64,000 nt of DNA from contig JBPCLP010000020.1 in NCBI GenBank assembly GCA_051003195.1, forward strand, positions 96,001-160,000. The letters run 5' to 3'. Each line of letters begins with the position of its first letter. Position 1 is the first letter of the stretch. A program made the position numbers and the translations under genes. This DNA comes from Candidatus Sumerlaeaceae bacterium (GTDB taxonomy: Bacteria > Sumerlaeota > Sumerlaeia > Sumerlaeales > Sumerlaeaceae). The notes below the pieces were generated by a model. It was not told where the DNA came from. It saw only the letters and a list, made by a program, of their open reading frames with translations, and searched no databases. Positions 37,946 through 47,992 of the stretch are shown one piece after another.

Positions 37946-39910
37946 CTATTCGAAGAGCGCCCAGTCTGTAACGGCAGTCGGAGTTGCGACCAGGAAGGCA
38001 GCGACGGCGTCCTTTGCATCAATAAGCCCATATCCGGCATATGAATCGACTCCGGCGGCAGCGATGTCCCTTGCTGTGTTTTTCAAATGTGCGTATATCT
38101 GCGCGGGTGTGAGAGCAGGGTTCGCCTGGAGCATCAGGGCCGCCACTGCGGCTGCGTGCGGTGCAGCAGCGGAGGTCCCGTAGAAATTCGGAGAGCCGTC
38201 GATGTCATCGTCGTCGCCGCCGAAGAATGTCGTGTTGCCGCCGTCAGGCGCTGTAAAGTCCGGCTTGAATACAATCTGGGGAGAAGCAAAGCGGGTAAGG
38301 CCGTCATCGGAGATGTAGAATGGCAAGTTGCCGGCAAGCGAGCTGTAGGATTCCACGTTGATGACGCCGCTCGGCGACTGCGCGGTTCCGCTGGTATCCA
38401 CTTCCTTATATCGCACGGCAGCCACTCCCATGGCCCCCGCGGCACACGGATGACCGTATGCAGTGCGGTCCGAGTCCAGGGCGCGGTCCGTATAGTTGGA
38501 GTAAGGACCATCAGTAAATGCCCACAAGTGCATGCGAGGCGGAATACGCCCATCGTAATGATCAACGACTGCATGGACGGTTCTGTTGCTCGCAGTGGAG
38601 TTCGTGTATTCTGCAATTTCCACTGGCTCTCCAGCGGGGGATGCAACCGTACCCTGCGCGCTGATACTTTTGTCGAGTATATTCCCGGAAACTACTGGCA
38701 GGGCAGTGCTGCCCAGGATGTAGACATCGAGATCCGAAGAGGCTCCCGGACCCGCCGCGAAGCTACCGCTGCCGGGCTCGTCCCAGCGCAGAACAGTGGT
38801 AAGCGTGTCGCCCGGCCGTAGAACGAATGTAAGAAATTTGTCCGACGCAGCGCCCTTTGCTGCGCCGAAGTCGTGAAAATCGACACCTGTGGGCGGATCG
38901 GCAGTACTGCTCGACGCATCAGGATCGGTAAAGACCGCTTCATGCGCATCGTTATAATCGTTCCCGAGAGCGGAAAAATACGGAACACCCGCGGCGGCCG
39001 ACTGGTTGGCAGCAACAGCGATCAGGCCGTTCTGGTACACCGGCTCGGCAAAATACCCGATGTCGTCGACGACGATCTTGCACTGAAAACCCACATCGTT
39101 ACGCAACGCCGCGATGTTCGTGGCAAACTTGCTGTAACTCTGGTAGGCGGACGCGAAAGAAATGGGCGAGCCCGGGGCCACGTCATAAATTATCTCCGCC
39201 ATTCCCGCACCTTCATCCGTGGCGCCAGAAGTGGGACCCGCGTCCACAACACGCACCGAACCCGGTAAATCCCCTGAGGTTTGTGGAGTGGCACCCGTAA
39301 CGGTTCCACTACCGTACGCGATCAGGGCGGTACCGCCTATGGTTCGATTGAATGTGTCGCTGATTACGCCGACGCGAATCCCGGTCCCGTTGACGCCATG
39401 GGCACTCCTGGCCAGGGGCCCGCGGAATGAATTGTCTCCCTGGCTTGTGACGCTGCCAGTTCTCTTTATCGGCCGTGGTTCAATGCTGGCGACTTTTACG
39501 TCCTGGCGGGAAACGATGTTCTCCAGCTGGGTGGTGCTGGACACTCGAACGACTAGGTGTTTGACGCCGAGCGGCTGGTCATACGTTCCGACAGTTTCCA
39601 GTCCGACAGCGTTGACCGCATTTAACAGATCCTCTGAGAAGCTGTCCACCACCAGGATGACCTGCAGCTTTCCATCGCGCAAAGCGTGCTGATTCTTTTT
39701 GCCGGCGGCGGTTGCGAGGCCCGCGCCTCTCCGTTGCTCGACCAATGTTTCAAGCAGCCCTCCCTGGAATTTGCGCGCGAGCGCCTGGTCCCGGCCAGTG
39801 GTTAAACCAAGGGCGGATAACTTCGATGTCGCGATGTTGGCTGGTGGTTGTGCGGACGCAATGCCCGCTGACAGTAACAGTGCGTGAATGAGATTAGGTT
39901 TACAAATCAT
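37946..39910 (-). CDS. Secreted subtilisin-like (S8) protease with W-x-L tail
   Basis: Signal peptide; VGVISD, DEGAGMAE, GND, KPDFTAPDG and GTSAAAPH; ends PTAVTDWALFE. Confidence 0.88.
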   Translation of the reverse strand: MICKPNLIHALLLSAGIASAQPPANIATSKLSALGLTTGRDQALARKFQGGLLETLVEQRRGAGLATAAGKKNQHALRDGKLQVILVVDSFSEDLLNAVNAVGLETVGTYDQPLGVKHLVVRVSSTTQLENIVSRQDVKVASIEPRPIKRTGSVTSQGDNSFRGPLARSAHGVNGTGIRVGVISDTFNRTIGGTALIAYGSGTVTGATPQTSGDLPGSVRVVDAGPTSGATDEGAGMAEIIYDVAPGSPISFASAYQSYSKFATNIAALRNDVGFQCKIVVDDIGYFAEPVYQNGLIAVAANQSAAAGVPYFSALGNDYNDAHEAVFTDPDASSSTADPPTGVDFHDFGAAKGAASDKFLTFVLRPGDTLTTVLRWDEPGSGSFAAGPGASSDLDVYILGSTALPVVSGNILDKSISAQGTVASPAGEPVEIAEYTNSTASNRTVHAVVDHYDGRIPPRMHLWAFTDGPYSNYTDRALDSDRTAYGHPCAAGAMGVAAVRYKEVDTSGTAQSPSGVINVESYSSLAGNLPFYISDDGLTRFASPQIVFKPDFTAPDGGNTTFFGGDDDDIDGSPNFYGTSAAAPHAAAVAALMLQANPALTPAQIYAHLKNTARDIAAAGVDSYAGYGLIDAKDAVAAFLVATPTAVTDWALFE

Positions 39911-40089
39911 TGGATTTCCTGATTACAATACCGGGTTGTACAGCTGAAGTATAGCTCCAAAAGCAGCCTGACAACCTGCTAAAGTATTTCATCCAATGCA
40001 AGGTGCAAACGTTGGGCCACAAGGACCCCGTTCAATCGCATTTAAAAAACCCGGGCGGGCTGGAAGCGACGGCTGTCGGCGCTGTGGTT

Positions 40090-40491
40090 TTAAGATTTAC
40101 CACAACTACAGAAATAGCTCAACCACAGCAGAGCGGCTCCGAAACCCATGGCGATGGTGCCTAGAAGTACCGCGAGCGGATTGTGGGAAAAACCGAAGAA
40201 CATGAGAGTGCCGCTGAGGACGAGAAGGAAGGAAGCGGCGGACCAGTGAAGCCAGGAAGCCTGGGATTCCAGTTTGCGACAGACGCCGCGGTAATAATTC
40301 TGAAAGGAAAAATCGGGAGGAGAGGTGAAGGAACAGCGGTGAGTAAGGTGGTTAAGTTGCTCAAAGCGTTCAAATTCGTGGTTACAGTGCGGACAAGTTC
40401 GTACGTGGCTTTCTACGCCGTCGCGTTCATTATCGGGCAGTTCGCCGTCAATCAGAGCCATCAGACCTTCGCGGTATTGCTCACAAACCAC
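40090..40491 (-). CDS. Zinc-finger (zf-HC2) anti-sigma-factor-like membrane protein
   Basis: C...LIDGEL...HVRTCPHC motif followed by two TM helices. Confidence 0.8.
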   Translation of the reverse strand: MVCEQYREGLMALIDGELPDNERDGVESHVRTCPHCNHEFERFEQLNHLTHRCSFTSPPDFSFQNYYRGVCRKLESQASWLHWSAASFLLVLSGTLMFFGFSHNPLAVLLGTIAMGFGAALLWLSYFCSCGKS

Positions 40492-40740
40492 GGGACTGGC
40501 ACCCTTTCTACGATACTTGTGTCATGATCTGCTCCATATTAGCCCGGCAACCCCGCAAAAATTCTGAGACAAAATGCACGCTGACTCTGAACAGCTATCC
40601 GGGACCGGCGCGGAACACCGTATCCGTGGTGTCTTGCAGCGCCACACGATCTGAGAAAGAAGAGAAGATTTCGTTCGCGTGTGAATGCTGGATCGATCTG
40701 GCCTCGTGCAGACGCTGCTGAAATGGATGAGAGGACTTAA

Positions 40741-41496
40741 ATGAAATTCAAAATTTTCGACGATAAGCTGGTAATGGCTGAGGAGGCTGCAGCACATGCG
40801 GCCAACATTCTGCGCACCGTTATTGCGGAAAAAGGAAGTGCGCGTATGATCGCGGCAACGGGGGCGTCTCAATTTGAGTTCCTCGATCACCTTACGGCAG
40901 CAGACCGCATCGACTGGAACAAGGTCGAAATGTTTCACCTCGATGAGTATGTCGGGCTGCCGCTTTCACATCCCGCAAGCTTTCGCAAATACCTGCTCGA
41001 GCGCCTGATCCACAAGGCAGGCATTTCGAAGTACCATCTCCTGGACGGTGAAGCGAATCCGCAGCAGGTGTGTGAGGACATGGCACGCGAGATCAACCGT
41101 GCGCCGATCGATGTGGCATTTGTCGGCATCGGGGAAAACGGCCACCTTGCATTCAATGACCCCCCGGCCGATTTCGAAACCGAGCAGCCATACATCGTTG
41201 TACAGTTGGACGAGGCGTGCAGGAATCAGCAGTTTGGAGAGGGCTGGTTTCCATCGATGGAAGCGGTTCCTGCGACTGCGATCTCCATGTCGATCCGGCA
41301 GATATTGAAGGCGAGAGAGATCATCTGTATTGCTCCCGATGAGAGAAAAGCAAACGCCGTGAAGAACTGCCTGGGCCCGGGCGAGCCGTCACCGGTGCAC
41401 CCGGCATCCGCACTGAAACTGCACCCCAACACAACGGTGTACCTCGACCAGCATTCGGCAGCGCTGTTACCCGACGAGTTAAAGCAGTCTGATTAA
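40741..41496 (+). CDS. nagB: Glucosamine-6-phosphate deaminase family protein
   Basis: [27 protein letters not shown] and PASAL..H; RBS GAGG. Confidence 0.85.
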   Translation: MKFKIFDDKLVMAEEAAAHAANILRTVIAEKGSARMIAATGASQFEFLDHLTAADRIDWNKVEMFHLDEYVGLPLSHPASFRKYLLERLIHKAGISKYHLLDGEANPQQVCEDMAREINRAPIDVAFVGIGENGHLAFNDPPADFETEQPYIVVQLDEACRNQQFGEGWFPSMEAVPATAISMSIRQILKAREIICIAPDERKANAVKNCLGPGEPSPVHPASALKLHPNTTVYLDQHSAALLPDELKQSD

Positions 41497-41536
41497 ATTG
41501 CCGAGGTCTTCACCGGCAGTGGGTTGGTGTTGGTGT

Positions 41537-41609
41537 GGTGTTGCGGTGAAAACGAGGGTGTTGCGGTGAATTCACCACAGAGTCACAGAGCGCTCAGAGG
41601 GCCACAGAG
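41537..41609. repeat. Short tandem repeats at the left edge of the accessory segment
   Basis: GGTGTTGCGGTGAA twice (41537, 41557), then C(A/T)CAGAG four times (41576, 41584, 41593, 41603). Confidence 0.7.
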
Positions 41610-41847
41610 AGAGGGAACTGTGGGCAACGTGGACCTCCGCGAATTCAAGTTGTGAGTTCGGCGCACGAGATAATCAGGGTCTTTCCAGATACTAACCTTT
41701 TTCTTCACTTCGGAGTTTTTGATCAGTTTCAGATACATGTGGTCTCGCAAGGGAGCGCGACCTCGCGATGGAGCACTCCGGCCTGCACAACCTAACCGTC
41801 GCTTTCCGGTTGCATCTCGCGCGACTCCCACCTACACATATTCCGCT

Positions 41848-43029
41848 ATGTCCGCCAGCGCCACCTCCACCCCGCCCGAGGGCACAACGACAAACGTGCG
41901 TTGCCCGCGCTGCCATCACGGCAACGATACAGACGCGCTGCAATGCACCCATTGCGGCGAAATGCTGCAGAAGGTACACTACGGTGTCACCAACCGCGCG
42001 GCCATTGTTCGCGATGCGATCGGCGCTCCATCCGCCGACCCCGGTGTTATTTCCGCTGAGCTCCACGCATACGATCCCGCTGTACTCGCGCCGACCATTA
42101 TGCGCCTGCTGCTCACCGCACTTGGCATCGTGCTTGTCGCCGGGCTCACTTTTGGCGCGTCGTGGCTACTCATCGATTACGGCCCGCAACTGCAGATCGC
42201 CGCCGGCGTGATTTGCGGGCTCGCTGCAATCCCAGTCGTGATCGCTGTCGCTGTCTGGATCACCGGCAAAAGCCGCGAGTTTGCCACCCGGCGACTTGCC
42301 AACGTTGCGCTGCGCAGGGTGCAGCTGAAGACCGAGCGCGAGCGCGCGATCCGGCGCTCACTGCGTGCCTCGGGGAAATCGGCGCTCGCCGGCGAGCATC
42401 TCGTCACTCCGCCCGAACAGGCCGTCGCTCCATCGCAGGCATTCCGCATTTCACTGTCGCACGATTCGCCTGTTCTTAACCCGACCACCTACAAGGTGCT
42501 CGCCAGTGCCGCCGCGTTTACGTTCGTCTTCCTGCCGCAGTACCAGGTCGTCACCAACTACAGCGGACTCGAATGCATCAAGCACGTCATGACCTTTCTC
42601 CTGCGCCGCCAGAAAGACTTCATGAGCATCGGCTCCTTCGCCGCCCTCGCCATTCCCCTCCTCCTCGCCAACCAGGTCTACCTCGCCTTCCGCCGCCGCC
42701 CTGGGAGCGCCGGCATCCTGCCGGCTTATGATGATCCAACGTACTACTCGTCGCGCAAAAACCGCCTCCGCACCCCCATGTGGAACGCCACCGCCACCCT
42801 CATCCTCATGCTCATCGTCTACCTCAGCGCATCCACCGGCCACGACTCCGCCGCAGCCGCCCTGCGTGACCGCTTCGGCGTCCAGCCCGACAACGCCACC
42901 CGCCTCGCTGAACTCCAGACGCTCGTCTTCGGGTTTCAATACGGTTACTTCGTCACCGGGCTCCTCGTCGCCGCAAGCGCGGGCTGTGGGTGGATGAGGA
43001 TGAGCAATTGCCGTGGCATTGCTAATTGA
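41848..43029 (+). CDS. Zinc-ribbon-containing membrane protein
   Basis: CPRC...CTHC near the N-terminus and several TM segments. Confidence 0.7.
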   Translation: MSASATSTPPEGTTTNVRCPRCHHGNDTDALQCTHCGEMLQKVHYGVTNRAAIVRDAIGAPSADPGVISAELHAYDPAVLAPTIMRLLLTALGIVLVAGLTFGASWLLIDYGPQLQIAAGVICGLAAIPVVIAVAVWITGKSREFATRRLANVALRRVQLKTERERAIRRSLRASGKSALAGEHLVTPPEQAVAPSQAFRISLSHDSPVLNPTTYKVLASAAAFTFVFLPQYQVVTNYSGLECIKHVMTFLLRRQKDFMSIGSFAALAIPLLLANQVYLAFRRRPGSAGILPAYDDPTYYSSRKNRLRTPMWNATATLILMLIVYLSASTGHDSAAAALRDRFGVQPDNATRLAELQTLVFGFQYGYFVTGLLVAASAGCGWMRMSNCRGIAN

Positions 43030-43622
43030 TATCCTCCAAAGCCGACATCATCGCCCAGGCCTGCACCGCGCTCGAAACCGGCGGTCCCGACGCCGCTCGA
43101 GACATCCTCTGCAGCGGATACCCATTCCAGCCTCAGTCCCGCGCCGGACGCAAATACACCTTAACCCAATGCACTCGCATTTTTCTGCGCGACGGCTTCA
43201 TCGATCGCTACTCCGGCGAACGCCTCGTGTTTCCCGGCGCACTGCGTGTACTCTCCCTCGTGTGCCCCGATACCTTTCCCTATCACAAGAACGGCAAAAC
43301 AGATGTCGGACACTTCGCATGGTGGGAACTATTTCCCAGCATCGACCACATCGTTCCGATCACGCGCGGCGGTGCCGACGATGAATCCAACTGGGTCACC
43401 ACCTCCATGCTGCGCAACAGTGCCAAGCAACTATGGACACTCGAGGAACTCGGCTGGCAACTTCACCCGCCAGGCGACCTTGACCAATGGGATGGCCAGA
43501 TCCATTGGTTCTGCCGCTTCATGGAATCTACCGACCACCCCCACATCGACCGCACTCTACAGTACCTGCGCGACTGCCACCGCGCGGCTACTTCAGCACT
43601 AGATCGTAAGCAGGCCGTTTAG
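43026..43622 (+). CDS. HNH endonuclease family protein
   Basis: IFLRDGF, IDHIVPITRGG...SNWVT...N..K; 4-nt overlap with the upstream gene. Confidence 0.8.
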   Translation: MISSKADIIAQACTALETGGPDAARDILCSGYPFQPQSRAGRKYTLTQCTRIFLRDGFIDRYSGERLVFPGALRVLSLVCPDTFPYHKNGKTDVGHFAWWELFPSIDHIVPITRGGADDESNWVTTSMLRNSAKQLWTLEELGWQLHPPGDLDQWDGQIHWFCRFMESTDHPHIDRTLQYLRDCHRAATSALDRKQAV

Positions 43623-43711
43623 CTAATTCCTAACCTGTCACCGAATTCTGACCATTAAGCGCGACGCAAAGACTAATGGAAATCGTTTTGTCTGTGCGGG
43701 GCAGAACTAAC

Positions 43712-45001
43712 TTACTCCTCTTCATGATCAACTCCCACCGGTGCTAGCACCTCGCTCAAAAACGCGTATTCCTGCTCAGAGGTGACCACGCTGTTGCGAT
43801 ACTGCTCCGCCTCCGGCTCCTTCACATACTCGACTATACCATGATGCTTTTCCACGATGCTGCGAATCGTCTCCAAATCGGTTCGGAAGAACTCCTTCCG
43901 AAAGTTCATCTTGTTGATGCGGTTCTTGTGCAGTTCCTTGTGTAGTGCGCTCTCAAGTCCGGGCGCGTTGTCGCAGCTGATCATCATGTGAATGTCGAAG
44001 GGGAATGGGACCGATGCATCGCCTAATTCCGCTATGCGTTCACGCGGTTCAAGCCGCCGCGTCATTCCGACTTTAAAAACGTTGTCCCCAAATGATCCTA
44101 TATTGGAGATCACATACACGTGCCCACATTTGGTAAGCTGCGCCTGTGATTTCGCGCGCTCCTTCTCGTGCTGAATCTCTTCCAACTGCTTGCGCAATGC
44201 CATGACTTCCGCGCTATGCTCGGCATTCTTGTGCTGCAGTGCTTCTTCCAAGGCTTCCTGGACAACCCGTTCCTGCTCCTCGCGGCGCTTCTCTTCGCGA
44301 ACGCGTTCCAGTTCTGTGCGCTGCTCCTCGCGCATTTGCGCGCGAAGTTCGGCTTGCTGCTGACGCTCTTCCTCCCGGCGAACTGCCTGCCTGAATGCTT
44401 CTTCCAGACTGGAGTGCATTTCCTGCTCGCGCTCGGCTGAAAGTTCTACACCGGACTCGCGAACGAAAGCAATAACACTCCCGAGGCGCTTGCTCAGGGT
44501 TGGATAGTTGTTCGGCGTAGCGCTTGCAATAATCTGCCGCTCGGAATCCCGTAGTAACCGCTCCGCCAATCGCCGGGTGGTTGCGTGAATGGCTTCATTC
44601 GCCGCTCGGTCCTCATGACCATCAAGAAACTCGGCGTGCATATTCTTCAATAGTTTCAGCGTGCTTAAATTGGCGTCGTAGAGCTGCGTCAGGCTTTCCA
44701 TCTCGTCCAGTTTCGACTGCAGTGAAGCACGAGCTTGGCTAAGCTTTTCCGCCGTTACAGCAGTCTCTTCCTGCACCTCGAGCACCTTCTGCTGGAGTTG
44801 CAGAATCTCATCATCTTTCGCCGCCAGCGTTGCTCTTGCCTGATGCAGCTGCTGCCGCATCTTGATGTCCGCCACAAGTGGCTGAACCTTGCGCCATAAC
44901 ACCGTGCACACGATGGCCGCTGCAGCAAGGATGAAAGCCGCCAGCACAGGCACACCCGTAGTGAAAAGCCAGTACATTGATTCTATAATCTTATCATACA
45001 T
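43712..45001 (-). CDS. DUF4041/T5orf172 (GIY-YIG-like) domain protein with N-terminal TM and coiled coil
   Basis: GHVYVISNIGSFG, KVGMTRRLEP, ELGDASVPFPFDIH, LE..LH and RKEFF; RBS AGGAG. Confidence 0.88.
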   Translation of the reverse strand: MYDKIIESMYWLFTTGVPVLAAFILAAAAIVCTVLWRKVQPLVADIKMRQQLHQARATLAAKDDEILQLQQKVLEVQEETAVTAEKLSQARASLQSKLDEMESLTQLYDANLSTLKLLKNMHAEFLDGHEDRAANEAIHATTRRLAERLLRDSERQIIASATPNNYPTLSKRLGSVIAFVRESGVELSAEREQEMHSSLEEAFRQAVRREEERQQQAELRAQMREEQRTELERVREEKRREEQERVVQEALEEALQHKNAEHSAEVMALRKQLEEIQHEKERAKSQAQLTKCGHVYVISNIGSFGDNVFKVGMTRRLEPRERIAELGDASVPFPFDIHMMISCDNAPGLESALHKELHKNRINKMNFRKEFFRTDLETIRSIVEKHHGIVEYVKEPEAEQYRNSVVTSEQEYAFLSEVLAPVGVDHEEE

Positions 45002-45011
45002 GTGGTTGCTC

Positions 45012-45761
45012 CTATGCTGTCTTACGTTTACGCTTAGTTGGTTTGTTAGTCGTCGCTGCCAGGTACAGCGCTCTCACTTCGCTCTCAATCTGCGCAAAGA
45101 ATGGCTTTTGCTGTTCATCAGCAACGTGATCTCTGTGCAAAACATCCAAAAGTTCTATGTACTGGGAAAGCGCCAACCCGAACTTTGCAGACTTTGCCGA
45201 CTGTTGTGCCTCCAGCAGAGCATCGGATACCCGGCGATCATGCTGCCGGTCATAGTGCTCCTTTTTAATTTCTGCGGTGAGCTTGCGAACCGTATTGCCA
45301 AGATCCGGACATTGCTGCTCAAACTCGGCGAGCATCCGCAGGATCTGCGCAAACTGCTCGTCCTGGGTTTCCCGCTTTTTTGCCTTCGCAAGCTTTGCGG
45401 CCATCCCCTCGTATTTGCTCCGAAGCTCGGATTCAGCTAGCCCCACGATCTCATGCCAGACCTCTGCAAAACCGGCTGCCAGTGCATGGGTATTATAGGC
45501 GTTCTGCGCGTCCCATACGGGAGGACTGTTTGCCAGCCTCGATACACTTGGTCGAACTGGAACTAAGGCAGTGTACTTCAGTTGCCACTTCTTCACGCGC
45601 TGGCAGTACCGTAGCGCCTGCGCAATCTGAGAGCACGTGTAAGCTGTCTCGATCAGGTTAAGGTGGTTAAGCGGCGGCGGCTTGGGTGCCGGCTTCGCAC
45701 GCTGACCCGACTGCAGGCGGTACGCTACTCTTGCAACCGCATTCCAGAATGTACGGTTCAC
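45012..45761 (-). CDS. Hypothetical helical protein co-transcribed with the DUF4041 gene
   Basis: GTG start; same AGGAGCAAC leader as the downstream gene; 10-nt gap. Confidence 0.6.
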   Translation of the reverse strand: MNRTFWNAVARVAYRLQSGQRAKPAPKPPPLNHLNLIETAYTCSQIAQALRYCQRVKKWQLKYTALVPVRPSVSRLANSPPVWDAQNAYNTHALAAGFAEVWHEIVGLAESELRSKYEGMAAKLAKAKKRETQDEQFAQILRMLAEFEQQCPDLGNTVRKLTAEIKKEHYDRQHDRRVSDALLEAQQSAKSAKFGLALSQYIELLDVLHRDHVADEQQKPFFAQIESEVRALYLAATTNKPTKRKRKTA

Positions 45762-45841
45762 ATTGTTGCTCCTCTGGGATGTAAAGCTGCAGCAAAGTGC
45801 GCCGCGTGCTTAAGTCAAATCCTTTGGTTGGTTGCTCTGTC

Positions 45842-45978
45842 GAGTTCCGGCGAGTTCCGAGTTCAAGTTCCGGGGACGTTTGCAACCGTCCCTTCTCATG
45901 GTCGCCTGGAAGCCCAAGACCGGAGTTAGGTGATGCGGGCAACCGTCACCTCATCCAAAAAGGGACGGGCGCCCTCAT
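45842..45978. repeat. Cluster of related REP-like hairpins
   Basis: GGGACG-tttgcaac-CGTCCC (45873-45892) and AGGTGATG-cgggcaac-CGTCACCT (45928-45951), plus a shortened third unit; preceded by (G/A)AGTTC repeats. Confidence 0.55.
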
Positions 45979-46236
45979 CTTCCGCGTAATCTCTGCCTCC
46001 AACGATGAACAACCGGGGCCGCATGGATTCCATCCAAGACCAGGACTATAATCCATAGTGCAATGAAATCTCCTTTGGGGCCAAGAGGGACAGGCACTCC
46101 ATTGTTTTGCCGCATGCTCTTTGCGGCCTAAAAAGAGAATGTACCCTGCGCGTGTTCTATGCGCGACAACACCGCTGTTGACTATGACGCTGAAAAACGG
46201 AGGCATTAATCGATTTTAGCACTCCGGGAGACCAGC

Positions 46237-46833
46237 ATGCGATCTTCAATAATAGCAGTCCTCATTACCGCGAGCAGTATTGCTGCGGCGCAGCAAAAGA
46301 AACCGGCAGTTTCACGCTCGGGAAGTAATCCTGCACAGCAAGCAGAGCCGATAACACTGGGATTATCTGACTTGGTACCCGACACTTCTAAGGTCCTTGC
46401 ACTCGCCGCTGAGTTAACAAGCAGCACCGAAGCTACACGGGCAACTACCACTTACGCCAGGCAATACGAGCGATTGAAGAATGAATCGCTAAAGCTTGGA
46501 CAGCGACTGAGTGAAGCAGATCGAGAGCATATTTCAAAAGTTCCTACGCCGGACAAGAGCGCAATTGAAAGTCTTGCGCGGGAACGGCTTACAGCGGACC
46601 AAGAGCGGGCACGATCACAGGCCGAGTTCCAGGAACGGCATGAAGTAGATCGAAGGGCGGCAACTCGGGCCGCCGAGGACAGAGCACGAGCTTCTGAACT
46701 TCAGCGGGAACGCGTTGTTCAAGATTACAAGCAGCGCAGGCGGGACGAACAAAAGTGGACCTATGGGGAGCAAACGATGGAGGAGCGTATGCGTGATGAG
46801 CGGATTCGTCTCAGCATCTTAAAAGGAAGATAA
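46237..46833 (+). CDS. Exported hypothetical protein with charged coiled coil
   Basis: GGGAG RBS; signal peptide; R/E-rich helix. Confidence 0.65.
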   Translation: MRSSIIAVLITASSIAAAQQKKPAVSRSGSNPAQQAEPITLGLSDLVPDTSKVLALAAELTSSTEATRATTTYARQYERLKNESLKLGQRLSEADREHISKVPTPDKSAIESLARERLTADQERARSQAEFQERHEVDRRAATRAAEDRARASELQRERVVQDYKQRRRDEQKWTYGEQTMEERMRDERIRLSILKGR

Positions 46834-47089
46834 CGACGGCGGAACCAGTTTTAACAGCGGGCATCTCTGCGGCACATGTCTGCGTAAACTCGGAAGAGAA
46901 CAAACCGACAGGCCCTTCATTGTTCTGCGAACATGTCACAGGTGAGGTCTGCCTGTGCCCCGTGGCCTGGCTTCTCTGCCGGATTTCTGCTGCTGGAGGA
47001 TGCGTTGAAGTGCCGCAATGCAGAAGTTATTGATTTACCGTTTAGTCTCTGCTACCAAGCCCCAAAATTCTTGGAGAAGTACGCCTTCC

Positions 47090-47956
47090 ATGCCTCGGCT
47101 CCATATAGGCGACCTTGATGACAATGAGACTCCCGGCTGCACGGAAATACGACGCCGAACGTACGTAACACATTGCTACGTACTGGCGATTTGCGTCGGG
47201 GCCATGGTGCTATCACTCTTCGTATTTGCCGTTCTCACGGAGAACATCTCCGTTTTGCACGGCGTTGAATTAAGCTTTCCCTGGGCCCTTGGTGTTTCCG
47301 TCGGCAGTGTGATAATTGCATACGGCCATCGTTGGGCGATCCGGCCGGTTCGTTGCTTCAATTGTGGAGCTATGACGATCTGGAACACTACGGTGAATCG
47401 GCTATGTCGTAATTGTGTTCATGAAGTGACAGAGGCAAGGGCTCAGCAGAAAGAACAGGATCGTCTAGCGCTGGCAGAACAAAAGATACGCGCACGTGAC
47501 GAGAAAGAGCGCAAAAAAGAAAACCTCCGAGCCGACAAGTTGGAGCGCGAAAGAATTCGCCAAACACACGCTGCGGCCCAGAAGGCTTCTTCATCCAGCG
47601 ATTCGGCAGATTCCACTATCGCTTCACCTGTTCGTACGCCCACCATCAGCGGAGAAGCAATTTTCTTTGGAACACTCGGCGGCATCCTCGTTGCCGCGGC
47701 AATTTTGGGAGTGTTCCGAGGTACGATCGACTCGCCCTTTAGCCCGAATGTAGCGGAAATGGAAGCGTCAATCAAACACAGTTATAATCACGAAACAAAA
47801 ACCCAAGATCGAGACGTACGGTGCACAGAAGTGAATCTGGTGAAAGAATCAGATCACAAGTACACCGGTTTTCTTGAATTGGACGATGGGACCAAACTTA
47901 ACCTGTATGTCACCGTGGATGGCTCTAGGTACATTTGGAAAACGTCCCTGTTTTAG
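47090..47956 (+). CDS. Hypothetical membrane protein with Cys cluster (start uncertain)
   Basis: Two TMs, CFNC...CRNC, coiled coil, third TM and a small beta domain. Confidence 0.6.
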   Translation: MPRLHIGDLDDNETPGCTEIRRRTYVTHCYVLAICVGAMVLSLFVFAVLTENISVLHGVELSFPWALGVSVGSVIIAYGHRWAIRPVRCFNCGAMTIWNTTVNRLCRNCVHEVTEARAQQKEQDRLALAEQKIRARDEKERKKENLRADKLERERIRQTHAAAQKASSSSDSADSTIASPVRTPTISGEAIFFGTLGGILVAAAILGVFRGTIDSPFSPNVAEMEASIKHSYNHETKTQDRDVRCTEVNLVKESDHKYTGFLELDDGTKLNLYVTVDGSRYIWKTSLF

Positions 47957-47992
47957 TGACGGTTAACCTTTACGACTTATGGACACTAAGCC

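Noticed and set aside
45842..45978. Hairpin units as a mini CRISPR array
   Set aside because: Units are too divergent and the gaps (about 23 and 5 nt) are unequal.
43600..47992. Integron cassette array
   Set aside because: Genes are in mixed orientation, and I found no convincing paired RYYYAAC/GTTRRRY attC sites and no integrase.
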